Source: Thermoanaerobaculia bacterium (GTDB taxonomy: Bacteria; Acidobacteriota; Thermoanaerobaculia; UBA5066). Taken from it: DNA of 64,000 nucleotides. Within the stretch, counting starts at the first letter, position 1; each line of letters begins with the position of its first letter. Made by a program: the position numbers and the translations under genes. The DNA is taken from assembly GCA_963719225.1 (NCBI GenBank), contig CAVRAY010000001.1, positions 2,912,001 to 2,976,000 on the forward strand. The letters run 5' to 3'. Shown here one piece after another: positions 10,750-20,330 of this stretch. The notes under the pieces are model-generated. The model was not told where the DNA came from and ran no database searches. It was given only the letters and a program-made list of their open reading frames with translations.

Positions 10750-11280
10750 CTATCGCGTTCGAGACTCGGCGCCCGCGACCGCCCGCGCGATCTCCGAGTC
10801 TCCGGGGCGCTTGCGGTGATCGCTTTCCACGAAACGCCAGGCTTCTCGCCCTTCACGGTCGACGAGAACGAGGGAAGGCGGGAGCCGGGGAGCCGTTCCC
10901 CCGTTTCCGGCCGCCGGGCGGTTCAGGGTTCTCACGCGCGGCGAGGAGAGGAAGCGATGCGTGAGCCGAACCCGGCGCTGCTGTTCGACGGACGCGACGA
11001 GGGCGCGCGACTGTTCGGGAGAGTCCGGGGCGACGACGAGGACGGAAACGTCTTTCAACGCGGTCCCCTTCAGGCGCTCGAGCTGGAGCAACTGCTCCAG
11101 GCACGCCGGTCACCACGCGCCGCGCGTGAACGCGAGAAGGACGAGGCGCCCGCGGTACTCGTCGAGAGTGACCGTCTTTCCGTCCGCGTCGGGAAGAGAG
11201 ATCGCGGGCGCAGGCGGTCTCTCGGCAGCGGCCGAGAGCGCGAGGGCGATCGTGACCGCTCCCAGGACCAGTCTCGTCAC
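10750..11280 (-). CDS. Secreted AhpC/TSA (redoxin) family selenoprotein, UxxC motif (in-frame TGA at 11112-11110)
   Basis: GTG at 11280 overlaps the kinase stop; signal peptide, APAISLPDADGKTVTLDEYRG..VLLAFTRGAW-TGA-PAC continues in frame into ...PSLVLVDREG..WRFV..DHRKRP; SECIS hairpin follows the TGA. Confidence 0.88.
11083..11100 (-). promoter_or_regulatory. Bacterial SECIS element
   Basis: On the mRNA, CUGGAGCA-GU-UGCUCCAG is a perfect hairpin starting 9 nt after the UGA, with G in the apical loop. Confidence 0.8.
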
Positions 11281-13649
11281 GAGAGCAGTATAGATTCCGG
11301 CCGTGAGCTCTCGATCAGCCGGATGAACCGTGGCTCGCTCTTCAGGCTCTCGAAGTCCGGATCGAGGCGGGCGCGCTCCACGACGTAGACGCGGCGCATC
11401 GCCGCCGCGGCCTCGAGGACGTCGAGCGCCCGTTCCGCGTCGCCGAGGAGGGCCCAGGCCGCGGCGACGTAGTACCGCGTGAACGGCTCGTCCGCTCCCA
11501 ACCGCAGGCGGTCCTCGAAGGCTCCCACGGCGAGCGTGAGCGCCCGGTGCGCCTCCTCGGGATGTTCGAGCGCGAGGTGCGCGCTTCCGATCCGCGTGTG
11601 GAGCTCGATGACCGCGCGGTCCTTCAGCGCATGATCGACGCGCCGCAGGAAAGAGAGCTCCCGGTCGTAGGATTCGAGGGCCTCCGCTGGCCGGCCCTGG
11701 AGCGCTCGGATCTGACCGAGCTTCATGTAGGCCCCCACGATGACGATTCCTTCGCGGCCCGAGAGTCCCCTCTCCTGAAGCTCGATGGCCTGCCGCGCCG
11801 CGCGCTCGGCGCGCGGGAAGTCCCTCAGCAGGGCCGAGACGTGCGCGAGCTGGAGCGCGTACCAGCCTCCTTGCGGATTCAGGGCGAGGGCCCGCTCGAA
11901 GGAATCCACCGCGTTCTGAAACCGCCCGGTGCCGATGAAATGGGCGCGCGCCAGCGCCGCATGCGCCGCGGCGTCGTCCGGGTCCAGCTCCAGAGACCGG
12001 CGAATCGCCTCCAGCCCTTTGTCCGTGCTTCCGATGTCGACGAGCGTTCCGCCGAGCTCCTTCCACGCGCGCGCGAGGCGCGGCTGGAGGGCGAGGCATT
12101 TTCCGAAGCTCGTCATGGCTTTCTCGAGCAGCTCCGGCATCGCGAGATCCGTCGCCTTCACTTCGTAGGCTTCGCCGAGCGAGAGCCACGCGCGGGCATA
12201 GAGCGGATCGAGCGCCACGGCGCGCTCGAAGAAGAGGATCGCGCGGTCGACGGATTCCCGGCTCTCGGCGCGGAGGTTGATGAGACCCTTGGAATACGCC
12301 TCGTACGCGTCGATGACGTGCGTCTCCTCGGGCTCTTTCCCGGCAGGGCTCGAGGCGAGATGCATCGCCGCGGCGAGCTCCGCGACGACGCGGTCCTGCA
12401 AGGCGAAGAGGTCGCTGCGGCTGCCGTCCACCTTCACGGTCGTCACGACCTCGCCGGACTCCACGTCCGTCACGCGCGCCGTGATGCGCATGACGTCCCC
12501 GACGCCCTGGAATCCCCCCATCACGACGCGACGCGCGCCCACCTCGCGGCCGAGCCGGATGGCGAGCTCGCCCGCGCCCGACGCCGACTCGCCGGTCAGC
12601 CGCTTCTCGACCTCGCACACCCGCTCACAGCCGATCACGGAGAGCCCGGGCACGTTCTTCAGGTCGGCGGTGACGGTCTCCATGATGCCGGTCGAGAGCC
12701 AGTTGTCTTCGGGGTTCTTCGTGATGTTCGAGAACGCGAGAACGGCGATCACGCTTTCGGCCGGGGTCGAGGAAACCGAAGGCGCTCCCGATCGCGGCGC
12801 GCCGCCCGCCAGGGCCGAGAGCTCGTGCGCAACGTCGCGCATCGCCACGCGTCGGTCGCGGTCCTTCGCGATCATCTTCAGGACGAGGGCCTCCAGGTCC
12901 CGCGAAACGGCCGGATTGAGCCGCGTCAGGGAGGGCGGCTCCGCGTGGAGCAGCGCGTCGATGACGGCGACCGTGTTCGTGCCTTCGAAGGGCCGGCGGC
13001 GGGCGAGAAGCTCCCAGAGGAGCACGCCCAGCGAGAAAACGTCCGTCCGCGCGTCGACGTCGCGGCCCAGGGCCTGCTCGGGCGACATGTACGCCACGGT
13101 GCCGAGGACGGAGCCCGGCGTCGAGCGGGTCGGATCCGCGCCGATCGCGCTCCAGGTCTCGCTTCCCTCGCCCGGCACGGGCCGGAACGCGGCGAGGCCG
13201 AAGTCCAGGACCTTCACGCGTCCCCTTCCGTCCACCATGACGTTCCCGGGCTTGATGTCGCGGTGGACGACGCCGCGCGCATGGGCCGCCGCGAGCGCGT
13301 CAGCGACCTGATGGACGATGTCCACGGTCTCGCGGACCTCCGGCGGGCGCTCCTTGAGAATCGCAGAGAGCGTGCGCCCCGCGACGTACTCCATCGCGAT
13401 GAAGCTCTGCCTCCGCCCTTCGCGTTCCACCGTGTCGACGTCGTAGACGACGGCGATGTTCGGGTGGTTGAGCTGGGAGGCGAAGCGCGCCTCGCGCAGG
13501 AGGCGCCCTTCGTGGTCCTCCGCGCCCCGCAGCAGCTTCAGGGCGACGGGCCGCCGCAGCTTGAGGTCCTCGGCGCGGAAGACCTCTCCCATCCCGCCTT
13601 CGCCGAGGCGCTCCGCGATGCGGTAATGCGCGAGGACTTCGCCGACCAC
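11277..13649 (-). CDS. Hanks-type Ser/Thr protein kinase with TolB-like/FlgO domain and TPR repeats
   Basis: LGEGGMGEV, VALK, HRDIKPGN, DFGLA, GT.AYMSPEQ; then IAVLAF.N and TPR-like helices. Confidence 0.95.
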   Translation of the reverse strand: MVGEVLAHYRIAERLGEGGMGEVFRAEDLKLRRPVALKLLRGAEDHEGRLLREARFASQLNHPNIAVVYDVDTVEREGRRQSFIAMEYVAGRTLSAILKERPPEVRETVDIVHQVADALAAAHARGVVHRDIKPGNVMVDGRGRVKVLDFGLAAFRPVPGEGSETWSAIGADPTRSTPGSVLGTVAYMSPEQALGRDVDARTDVFSLGVLLWELLARRRPFEGTNTVAVIDALLHAEPPSLTRLNPAVSRDLEALVLKMIAKDRDRRVAMRDVAHELSALAGGAPRSGAPSVSSTPAESVIAVLAFSNITKNPEDNWLSTGIMETVTADLKNVPGLSVIGCERVCEVEKRLTGESASGAGELAIRLGREVGARRVVMGGFQGVGDVMRITARVTDVESGEVVTTVKVDGSRSDLFALQDRVVAELAAAMHLASSPAGKEPEETHVIDAYEAYSKGLINLRAESRESVDRAILFFERAVALDPLYARAWLSLGEAYEVKATDLAMPELLEKAMTSFGKCLALQPRLARAWKELGGTLVDIGSTDKGLEAIRRSLELDPDDAAAHAALARAHFIGTGRFQNAVDSFERALALNPQGGWYALQLAHVSALLRDFPRAERAARQAIELQERGLSGREGIVIVGAYMKLGQIRALQGRPAEALESYDRELSFLRRVDHALKDRAVIELHTRIGSAHLALEHPEEAHRALTLAVGAFEDRLRLGADEPFTRYYVAAAWALLGDAERALDVLEAAAAMRRVYVVERARLDPDFESLKSEPRFIRLIESSRPESILLS

Positions 13650-13709
13650 GGCGGCATCTTAGTGCGCAGGCGCGACCCGCGGCGTGCCGCCCGCCCATAA
13701 TCGGAGGCG

Positions 13710-14954
13710 ATGGCGAGAGGGGACCGCGCGGACTTGAAGGATCTCGCCATGCTCTTTCTCCGCCTCGGCGCCACGGCTTTCGGCGGCCCCGCGGCTCACA
13801 TCTCGATGATGGAGCACGAGGTCGTGACGCGGCGCGGCTGGATGACGCGCGAGGAGTTCCTCGACCTCCTCGGCGCGACGAATCTCGCGCCGGGGCCGAA
13901 CTCCACGAAGATGGCGCTCTTCATCGGCCACGCGCGCGGGGGCTGGCCGGGCTTTCTCCTCGCCGGCCTCGGCTTCGTCCTGCCCGCGACTCTCCTCGTC
14001 ACCGTCTTCGCGTGGGCCTACGTGCGCTTCGGCTCCCTTCCCGCGTTCCCGCATTTCTTCGAGGGCATCAAGCCCGTCGTCCTCGCGCTCATCGCGCACG
14101 CCCTCGTCAGCCTCGGACGCACGGCGGTGAAGAACAAATTCTTCCTGGCGCTCGGGCTCGCCGCGCTCGCTGCGAGTTTCTTCGTCCATGAGCTTCTGCT
14201 GTTGCTCGTTGCGGGTTGTCTCTCGACGGGGGTGATGGTGTTGGAAGATTTGCTTAGAAAGGGTAAGAGGAGCGGCAAAGCTCCGGCATCGTCGGAGCGC
14301 GTCGACGGCGTTGAAGGTGCAGGTGATGCCAAGCGCGGCGACGTGTCGGGAGGCGCGCCTGCCCACCCCCAACCCCCTTCTAAGAAATCTTCTCTTCTCT
14401 TCCTTCCCCTCTTCTCCCTCGGCGTCCCTCTCTCGTCTTTCTCCCTAACCAGCCTTCTCCTCTTCTTCCTGAAGACCGGTGCGGTGCTGTTCGGCAGCGG
14501 CTACGTGCTCCTCGCCTACCTGAAAGCGGATCTCGTCGAGCGCTGGCACTGGCTCACGAGCGCGCAGCTTCTGGATGCCGTCGCGGTAGGCCAGTTCACG
14601 CCGGGGCCGCTCTCGTCCACCGCGACGTTCATCGGCTACGTGCTCGGGGGCCTGCCGGGGGCGTCCGTCGCGACGCTCGGCATCTTCCTTCCCGCCTTCG
14701 TCCTCGTCGCGGTCATGGGGCCGTTCGTGCCCCGTTTGCGGCAGTCGAGACTCCTCGGCGCTTTCCTCGACGGCGTCAACGTCGCGGCGCTCGCGCTGAT
14801 GGGCTACGTCACTCTCCAGTTCGCGCGGCCCGCTCTGACGAACGGCCCGACGGTGGCCCTTTTCCTCGCCAGCGTGGCGCTTCTCTCGACCGTGAGGATC
14901 AACGCGGCCTGGCTCGTCCTCGCGGGCGGGATCCTCGGGGTCGTTTTCGGCTGA
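13710..14954 (+). CDS. chrA: Chromate efflux transporter (long-chain CHR family)
   Basis: FLRLGATAFGGPAAH, PGPNS, FGSGYVL, GQFTPGP; two homologous halves. Confidence 0.93.
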   Translation: MARGDRADLKDLAMLFLRLGATAFGGPAAHISMMEHEVVTRRGWMTREEFLDLLGATNLAPGPNSTKMALFIGHARGGWPGFLLAGLGFVLPATLLVTVFAWAYVRFGSLPAFPHFFEGIKPVVLALIAHALVSLGRTAVKNKFFLALGLAALAASFFVHELLLLLVAGCLSTGVMVLEDLLRKGKRSGKAPASSERVDGVEGAGDAKRGDVSGGAPAHPQPPSKKSSLLFLPLFSLGVPLSSFSLTSLLLFFLKTGAVLFGSGYVLLAYLKADLVERWHWLTSAQLLDAVAVGQFTPGPLSSTATFIGYVLGGLPGASVATLGIFLPAFVLVAVMGPFVPRLRQSRLLGAFLDGVNVAALALMGYVTLQFARPALTNGPTVALFLASVALLSTVRINAAWLVLAGGILGVVFG

Positions 14955-14967
14955 GCGGTTTCTCTTC

Positions 14968-16959
14968 CTACGGGCCGACCTCGAACGGCGCGCGCCGCAG
15001 ATCGAGCGCGGGATTGCGGTCGAAGAAATGGGCGGGCTTCAGCTCGAACGACAGTGATTCACGCGCCAGGACCGGAGAGTCCTCGGTCACCGGCACGTGG
15101 TGAAATCCAACGGTCAGCCAGAGCACGATGTCCGTGTCGACGAGCCCCTGGTTGTTCGCGATGTACTGAGGCAGCCCGGGCTCGCCGGGGTTCTGGTTCG
15201 GCGTGTCGCCGGCGGCGTAGCGCTCGTCCGGATCGAACGCGGTCACCCAGAGGTTGTGCTCGATGAACCGCGCGCGCCGGAAATCGTCCTTCTTCAGCAG
15301 CGGCTCGACGTTGGCCTGCGATTCGACAACGAAGCCCGTCTCGTAGCCGCGGGCGTTGTGCCGGTGCGGATTGACGACACGCCACAACGAGTTCTTCTCG
15401 TCGAGCTGGCCATCGGCCTCCCGTCGCAGCACCGTTTCGTCGAGGACCCAGACGCTCTTGCGCGGCCCCGGCGCCGGGCGCTCCTTGAGCTGGCCGAGCA
15501 CGAAGCTGTTGTTGCGGCCGTCGACGTCGACGTCCAGGCGGAAGTTGAAGTGGTGGCTGTGATTGATCGCGACGAGGTTCGGCGAGACGAGGGCCCCGAA
15601 CTCCGTCTCCGGCGCGCCGTCGCCGAGCGTCTCGGCCACGACGGCCCTCGGCGCGTCGATGCCCGTCAACCCGACTTCGACGCGGATCGAGCCGCGCTGC
15701 GTGAAGATCCAGTCGACCATGTAGTCGTAGTTGCCGAGCTGGGAGATGGACCGGACCACCAGCTCGACCTCGGCCCGCCCCTCGTACGCGCCGCCCGAGA
15801 ACAGCTCGAAGTGCCGCCACACCGGGCTCCCCGTCAGGCGCTCGAAGACGCCGACGACGTTCGGCAGAGGCAGCGGAATGACCGGCAGGACGGGATCGGG
15901 GATCGCCGCCGCGACGAGCGCGTCGCGCAGCACCGCGTTCGACGGCAGGTCCAGCCCGAGCGCGAGCGGGGACGAGAGCAGCCCGAAACCGAACTCGCCG
16001 GCGTCCATGTACGTGCGATAGAACCAGTTTGTTCCGGGGTCCTGGTACGGGACGAAGATCTCGGCAAGCGAGCCCTGGTAGAGCACGGGGCGGCCGTCGT
16101 AGTTCGCGAGGGAGATCACCGTCCCGGAACGGCGCTCGAAGCGAACGTGGAAACGCCACTTCTGCCACTCGATGAAATTGCCGTCGAACGCAAAGTTGAC
16201 GCCTTGCGGCTGCGCCATCGTGATCGGCTTGAGCGCGGGGCGCAGCCCATAACGCGAGGCGACGGTGGCCTCGTCGAAGTCCTGCGTGTTCGCCGGCAGC
16301 GGAATGACGCCGGTGTCGATCACCTTGATCACCTGCCGGTCGTCGAGGTCCATGATCGCCTGCATGCCCTCGATGGGCCTGGCGTACAGGTTGATGCCGG
16401 CGCCTTCGGTGTAATACATCTGCGCCTTGACGATGCGGCGGGCCTCTTCGGGCAGTCCGAACGAGCCGGGCGTCAGTGGCGTCACGAGGACGTGCGCGAG
16501 CTGGCTCGGCGTCGTGATGCCGCGCCGCGCGAGCGCGGCCAGAAAAGCCGGATTCTGGAATGCAAACGAGAAGTCGCTCACCTCGGTGATCGTCAGACCG
16601 AGCTGGCCGTCGCTCCCGGGTATGAGCTTCGGCGCCGTGAACGTTCCGTGGGTCAGGTCGACGAACGTCTTGTAGCTCTTTTTCTCCTGTCGAAAGAAGA
16701 CCGTTGCCGCGCGCGGGATCGGGTCGCCGGCGTGGAACGCGAGAACGGCGTCCTTCGCCGGCTCGCGCAAGTCGATGCTTTGGAAGATCGCGCCGGGCTT
16801 CGCGACGTGCGCCTGCAGCAGGATGTTCGCCGCGGCGAGGATTTCGCCGTCCTCCAGAGGATCGAGCGGATGCTGGACCGCCGCACGAACCGGTGCGCCT
16901 CCGATGAGAAACGCCCCGACGACGATGACTTTCGCGCCTGTTCTGACTCTTGTGAACAT
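14968..16959 (-). CDS. tynA: Copper-containing primary amine oxidase (TPQ-dependent), secreted
   Basis: HPLDPL N-terminus, catalytic Asp in YMDAGEFG, TPQ motif GNYDY, Cu ligands HSH and FHH; AGGAGG RBS before ATG. Confidence 0.92.
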   Translation of the reverse strand: MFTRVRTGAKVIVVGAFLIGGAPVRAAVQHPLDPLEDGEILAAANILLQAHVAKPGAIFQSIDLREPAKDAVLAFHAGDPIPRAATVFFRQEKKSYKTFVDLTHGTFTAPKLIPGSDGQLGLTITEVSDFSFAFQNPAFLAALARRGITTPSQLAHVLVTPLTPGSFGLPEEARRIVKAQMYYTEGAGINLYARPIEGMQAIMDLDDRQVIKVIDTGVIPLPANTQDFDEATVASRYGLRPALKPITMAQPQGVNFAFDGNFIEWQKWRFHVRFERRSGTVISLANYDGRPVLYQGSLAEIFVPYQDPGTNWFYRTYMDAGEFGFGLLSSPLALGLDLPSNAVLRDALVAAAIPDPVLPVIPLPLPNVVGVFERLTGSPVWRHFELFSGGAYEGRAEVELVVRSISQLGNYDYMVDWIFTQRGSIRVEVGLTGIDAPRAVVAETLGDGAPETEFGALVSPNLVAINHSHHFNFRLDVDVDGRNNSFVLGQLKERPAPGPRKSVWVLDETVLRREADGQLDEKNSLWRVVNPHRHNARGYETGFVVESQANVEPLLKKDDFRRARFIEHNLWVTAFDPDERYAAGDTPNQNPGEPGLPQYIANNQGLVDTDIVLWLTVGFHHVPVTEDSPVLARESLSFELKPAHFFDRNPALDLRRAPFEVGP

Positions 16960-17134
16960 CATCGGCCTCCTGACCACTCTCATACTCACAATCTCGTCAT
17001 TTCCGCGCTTCAGGGGACACGGCGCGGTCGTACGCGGGTCGAAACCCGAGCGGGCGCTTCGAAGCTATCATCGCCCCCTGAGGGGCGATCAAGCGGAATC
17101 GGACCGGTCCCGTCCGCTCAAAAAAGGAGAAATC

Positions 17135-18562
17135 TTGAGCCCGAACCCACCGTCCTACGACCTGGTCGTGATCGGCTCGGGGCCGGGAGGCTACGTCGCC
17201 GCCGTTCGGGCCTCCCAGCTCGGCCTCAAGACCGCGATCGTCGAGAAGGACGCGAAAGTGCCGAACGTCGGTCTCGGAGGCGTCTGCCTGCACCGCGGCT
17301 GCATCCCGACGAAGGCGATGCTCAAGTCGGCCTCTCTTTACGACGAGGCGAAGAACCACGCCGCCGATTTCGGGGTGAAGGTCGCCGGCGTCGAGCTCGA
17401 CTTTCCCGGCGTCGTGAAGTTTCGCGACAAGGTCGTCTCGCGGGGCGCCAAGGGCGTCGAATACCTCATGAAGAAGCACAAGGTCGACGTCCACGCGGGG
17501 CTCGGGCGGCTCGTCTCGCCGCAGAAGGTCGCCGTGAAGGGTGACGCGGGCGAAACGACCCTGGACACGAAGAACGTCCTCGTCGCGACGGGCTCGGTGC
17601 CGCGCGATCTGCCTTTCCTGAAGGCGGACGGCGAGAGCGTCCTGAACTCGGACCACATCCTGAAGTCGCAATCGATCCCGAAATCGCTCCTAGTGATCGG
17701 CTCGGGGGCCGTAGGTGCGGAGTTCGCGTCCTGCTTCTCGCGCTACGGCACGAAGACCGTCCTCGTCGAGGTCCTGCCGCGCGTCCTGCCCGTGGAGGAC
17801 GAGGAGATCTCGAAGGAGGTCGAGCGCGTCTTCAAGAAACGCGGCATCGAGGTGCGCACGAAGACGAGTGTCGAGTCCGTGGCGCCGAACGGGGACGGAA
17901 CGGTCACCGTGAAGGCGAAGGGGCCGGACGGCGGGCCGCTGTCGTGGTCCGTCGAGAAGGTGCTCCTCGCGGTCGGCAGGAAGCCCTTGTCCGAAGGCCT
18001 CGGCCTCGAGGCCGTGGGCGTCGCGACGGACCGCGGCTACGTGAAGGTGGACGCGAACCAGCGCACGAACGTGCCGGGCGTGTGGGCGATCGGCGACGTC
18101 ACGCCCACGATCTGGCTCGCGCACGTCGCATCCGCGGAAGGCATCGTGGCCGCCGAGACGATGGCCGGCCATCCGACGGTGCCCGTGAACCGCGACCAGG
18201 TCCCCGGCTGTACGTACTGCGATCCCGAGGTCGCGTCCATCGGGCTCAGCGAGGCGAAGGCGAAAGAGCGCGGCTACGTCGTGAAGACCGGAAAGTTCAA
18301 CTTCTCGGTCCTCGCCAAGACGATGATGGAGCACACGCAGGAGGGCTTCGTGAAGATCGTCTCCGACGCGAAGTACGACGAGATCCTCGGCGTCCACATC
18401 GTCGGCCCGCACGCCACCGAGCTCATCGCCGAGGGCGGAGCCCTCCTCAGGCTCGAGGCCACGACCGAAGAGATGATCCGGACGATCCACGCGCATCCGA
18501 CGCTGTCGGAGGCCATGCACGAGGCGGCGGAGGCCGTTCACGGCCACAACATCCACGGCTAG
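17135..18562 (+). CDS. lpdA: Dihydrolipoyl dehydrogenase
   Basis: YDLVVIGSGPGGYVAA, GGVCLHRGCIPTK, HAHPTLSE; TTG start with AGGAG RBS. Confidence 0.97.
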   Translation: MSPNPPSYDLVVIGSGPGGYVAAVRASQLGLKTAIVEKDAKVPNVGLGGVCLHRGCIPTKAMLKSASLYDEAKNHAADFGVKVAGVELDFPGVVKFRDKVVSRGAKGVEYLMKKHKVDVHAGLGRLVSPQKVAVKGDAGETTLDTKNVLVATGSVPRDLPFLKADGESVLNSDHILKSQSIPKSLLVIGSGAVGAEFASCFSRYGTKTVLVEVLPRVLPVEDEEISKEVERVFKKRGIEVRTKTSVESVAPNGDGTVTVKAKGPDGGPLSWSVEKVLLAVGRKPLSEGLGLEAVGVATDRGYVKVDANQRTNVPGVWAIGDVTPTIWLAHVASAEGIVAAETMAGHPTVPVNRDQVPGCTYCDPEVASIGLSEAKAKERGYVVKTGKFNFSVLAKTMMEHTQEGFVKIVSDAKYDEILGVHIVGPHATELIAEGGALLRLEATTEEMIRTIHAHPTLSEAMHEAAEAVHGHNIHG

Positions 18563-18566
18563 AGGC

Positions 18567-19637
18567 ATCGCGCGGGCGGTCGCGGCGCTCGCCGCCGTCG
18601 CCGTCACGACGGCGCTCGGGCAGGTCCTCCGGGCCAACGCGACGACGATCGGGTTCGTCTTCCTCGTCGTCGTCCTTCTGGCCGCGCTCAGGCTCGGCCT
18701 CGCCGCGGCGATGTTCGCGTCTCTCGCGGCGACTGCATGCTTCAACCATTTCTTCCTGCCCCCCGTCGGAACCTGGACGATCGCCGACCCGGCGAACTGG
18801 GTCGCGCTCGCGACGTTCCTTCTCGCCTCCGTCGTCGTGAGCCGCCTCGCGGCTCGTGAGAAGAGGCGCGCCGAAGTCGCGGAAGCGCGGCGGCGGGAGA
18901 TCGAGACCCTCTCGGCAGAACGCGAAAGACTGCTCGAGGACCGGGTTCACCTCGAGGCGCTGCGGGAGAGTGACGCGTTCAAGACCTCGCTCCTGCAAGC
19001 CGTGTCACACGACCTGAGGACGCCCATCACGTCCATTCGCCTCGGGCTCGACCGCCTGAGGCGCTCGCCGGGAACGAACGGGATCGTGGAGGACGTGGCG
19101 CGAGAGACGGAGCGGCTGTCGCGACGGATCGACAACCTCCTCGCGATGGCGCGACTCGACGCGGGTACGTTCGTGCCGCGACCGGAACCGACCCCGGCGG
19201 CGGACTTGTTCCGGGCGACGCTCGAGGCGCTTCCGCTCGCCCTCGCGGGCCGCGCCGTCGACGTTTCCGTGGCGCTCGAGACCCCGGATCTCTTCGTGGA
19301 TCCGGCCCTCACGGTCGAGATCCTCGCGAACCTCGTGGAGAATGCCTCACGAGCCGCTTCGTCCGGAGCGCTGGCCCTCTCGGCCGAGCCGAGCCGAAGC
19401 GCTGCCGGGCGGGTCTGTCTCGACGTGCTCGATCGCGGCTCCGGCGTCTCGCCGGACGTGAAACGGGCCGCTGCGGGTGGTGCGCCGGGTGACGCGGGCC
19501 GTGCCGGCCTGGGACTCACGATCTGCCAATCGCTCGCGCGCGCGATGGGAGGCAGCGTCGTCCTGCTGGACCGGCCGGGCGGCGGGACGATCGCGCGGCT
19601 GGACCTGCCCGCTGCGCAGATCGAGGCGGCCCTTTGA
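18567..19637 (+). CDS. Minimal KdpD-like sensor histidine kinase (DUF4118 + HisKA + HATPase); start codon uncertain
   Basis: NATTIGFVFL, FNHFFLPP..TWTIADP.NWVAL (DUF4118), VSHDLRTP, NLVENA, DRGSG, GLGLTIC; first canonical ATG is at 18711. Confidence 0.85.
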   Translation: MARAVAALAAVAVTTALGQVLRANATTIGFVFLVVVLLAALRLGLAAAMFASLAATACFNHFFLPPVGTWTIADPANWVALATFLLASVVVSRLAAREKRRAEVAEARRREIETLSAERERLLEDRVHLEALRESDAFKTSLLQAVSHDLRTPITSIRLGLDRLRRSPGTNGIVEDVARETERLSRRIDNLLAMARLDAGTFVPRPEPTPAADLFRATLEALPLALAGRAVDVSVALETPDLFVDPALTVEILANLVENASRAASSGALALSAEPSRSAAGRVCLDVLDRGSGVSPDVKRAAAGGAPGDAGRAGLGLTICQSLARAMGGSVVLLDRPGGGTIARLDLPAAQIEAAL

Positions 19638-20326
19638 TGGTGGCCCGCCCCGTCGTCCTGGTCGTCGACGACGATCCGTCCATCCGACGCGCGCTCGTCG
19701 CGGAGCTCGAGGCCGGCGGCTATGAGGCGACCGAGGCGGCCGACGGCGCCGAAGGAGAGAAGGTCTTCGTGGAGCGCGAGCCCGATCTCGTCCTCACGGA
19801 CCTGGCGATGCCGGTGAGGGACGGCTTCGAGCTCGTGAGGAGTATCCGACACCGCGGCGCGACGCCCGTCATCGTCCTGTCGGTGCGCGGCGGAGACGCG
19901 GACAAGATCCGCGCGCTCGACCTGGGCGCGGACGACTACGTCGTCAAGCCGTTCTCCGTACCGGAGCTCCTCGCGCGCGTGCGGGCACAGCTCCGGCGGC
20001 ACGCGGAGGAGGAGGTGGGCGTCCTCGAGTTCCCTGGCCTCACGCTGGACCGCGAGAGGCGGCGAGTCATCGTCGAGGGCAAGGAGGTACGGCTCACGCC
20101 GACCGAGCTCGCGATCCTCGACCTCCTCGCGTCCCAGGCGGGCAAGCCCGTCACGATCCGAAAGATCATCGGCCGGGTGTGGCATGGGGCCCCCGGAACC
20201 ACGCCCGACGCCGTCCGCGTCCACGTCGGCTCTCTGCGTAAGAAGATCGAGCCGGACCCCGCCCGCCCGCGCTACGTCGTGACGGAGCCCTGGGTGGGCT
20301 ACAGGTTCGTGGCTGAACCCATCTAG
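19637..20326 (+). CDS. kdpE: KdpE-like OmpR-family response regulator
   Basis: VLVVDDD, DLAMP..DG, ALDLGADDYVVKPF, LTPTE, LRKKIEPDPARPRY..TEPWVGYRF. Confidence 0.88.
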   Translation: MVARPVVLVVDDDPSIRRALVAELEAGGYEATEAADGAEGEKVFVEREPDLVLTDLAMPVRDGFELVRSIRHRGATPVIVLSVRGGDADKIRALDLGADDYVVKPFSVPELLARVRAQLRRHAEEEVGVLEFPGLTLDRERRRVIVEGKEVRLTPTELAILDLLASQAGKPVTIRKIIGRVWHGAPGTTPDAVRVHVGSLRKKIEPDPARPRYVVTEPWVGYRFVAEPI

Positions 20327-20330
20327 ACCC

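Noticed and set aside
17035-17089. Two hairpins in the tynA/lpdA divergent region (ATCGCCCC-CTGA-GGGGCGAT)
   Set aside because: No U-tract or known RNA motif; short GC stems are common at this GC content.
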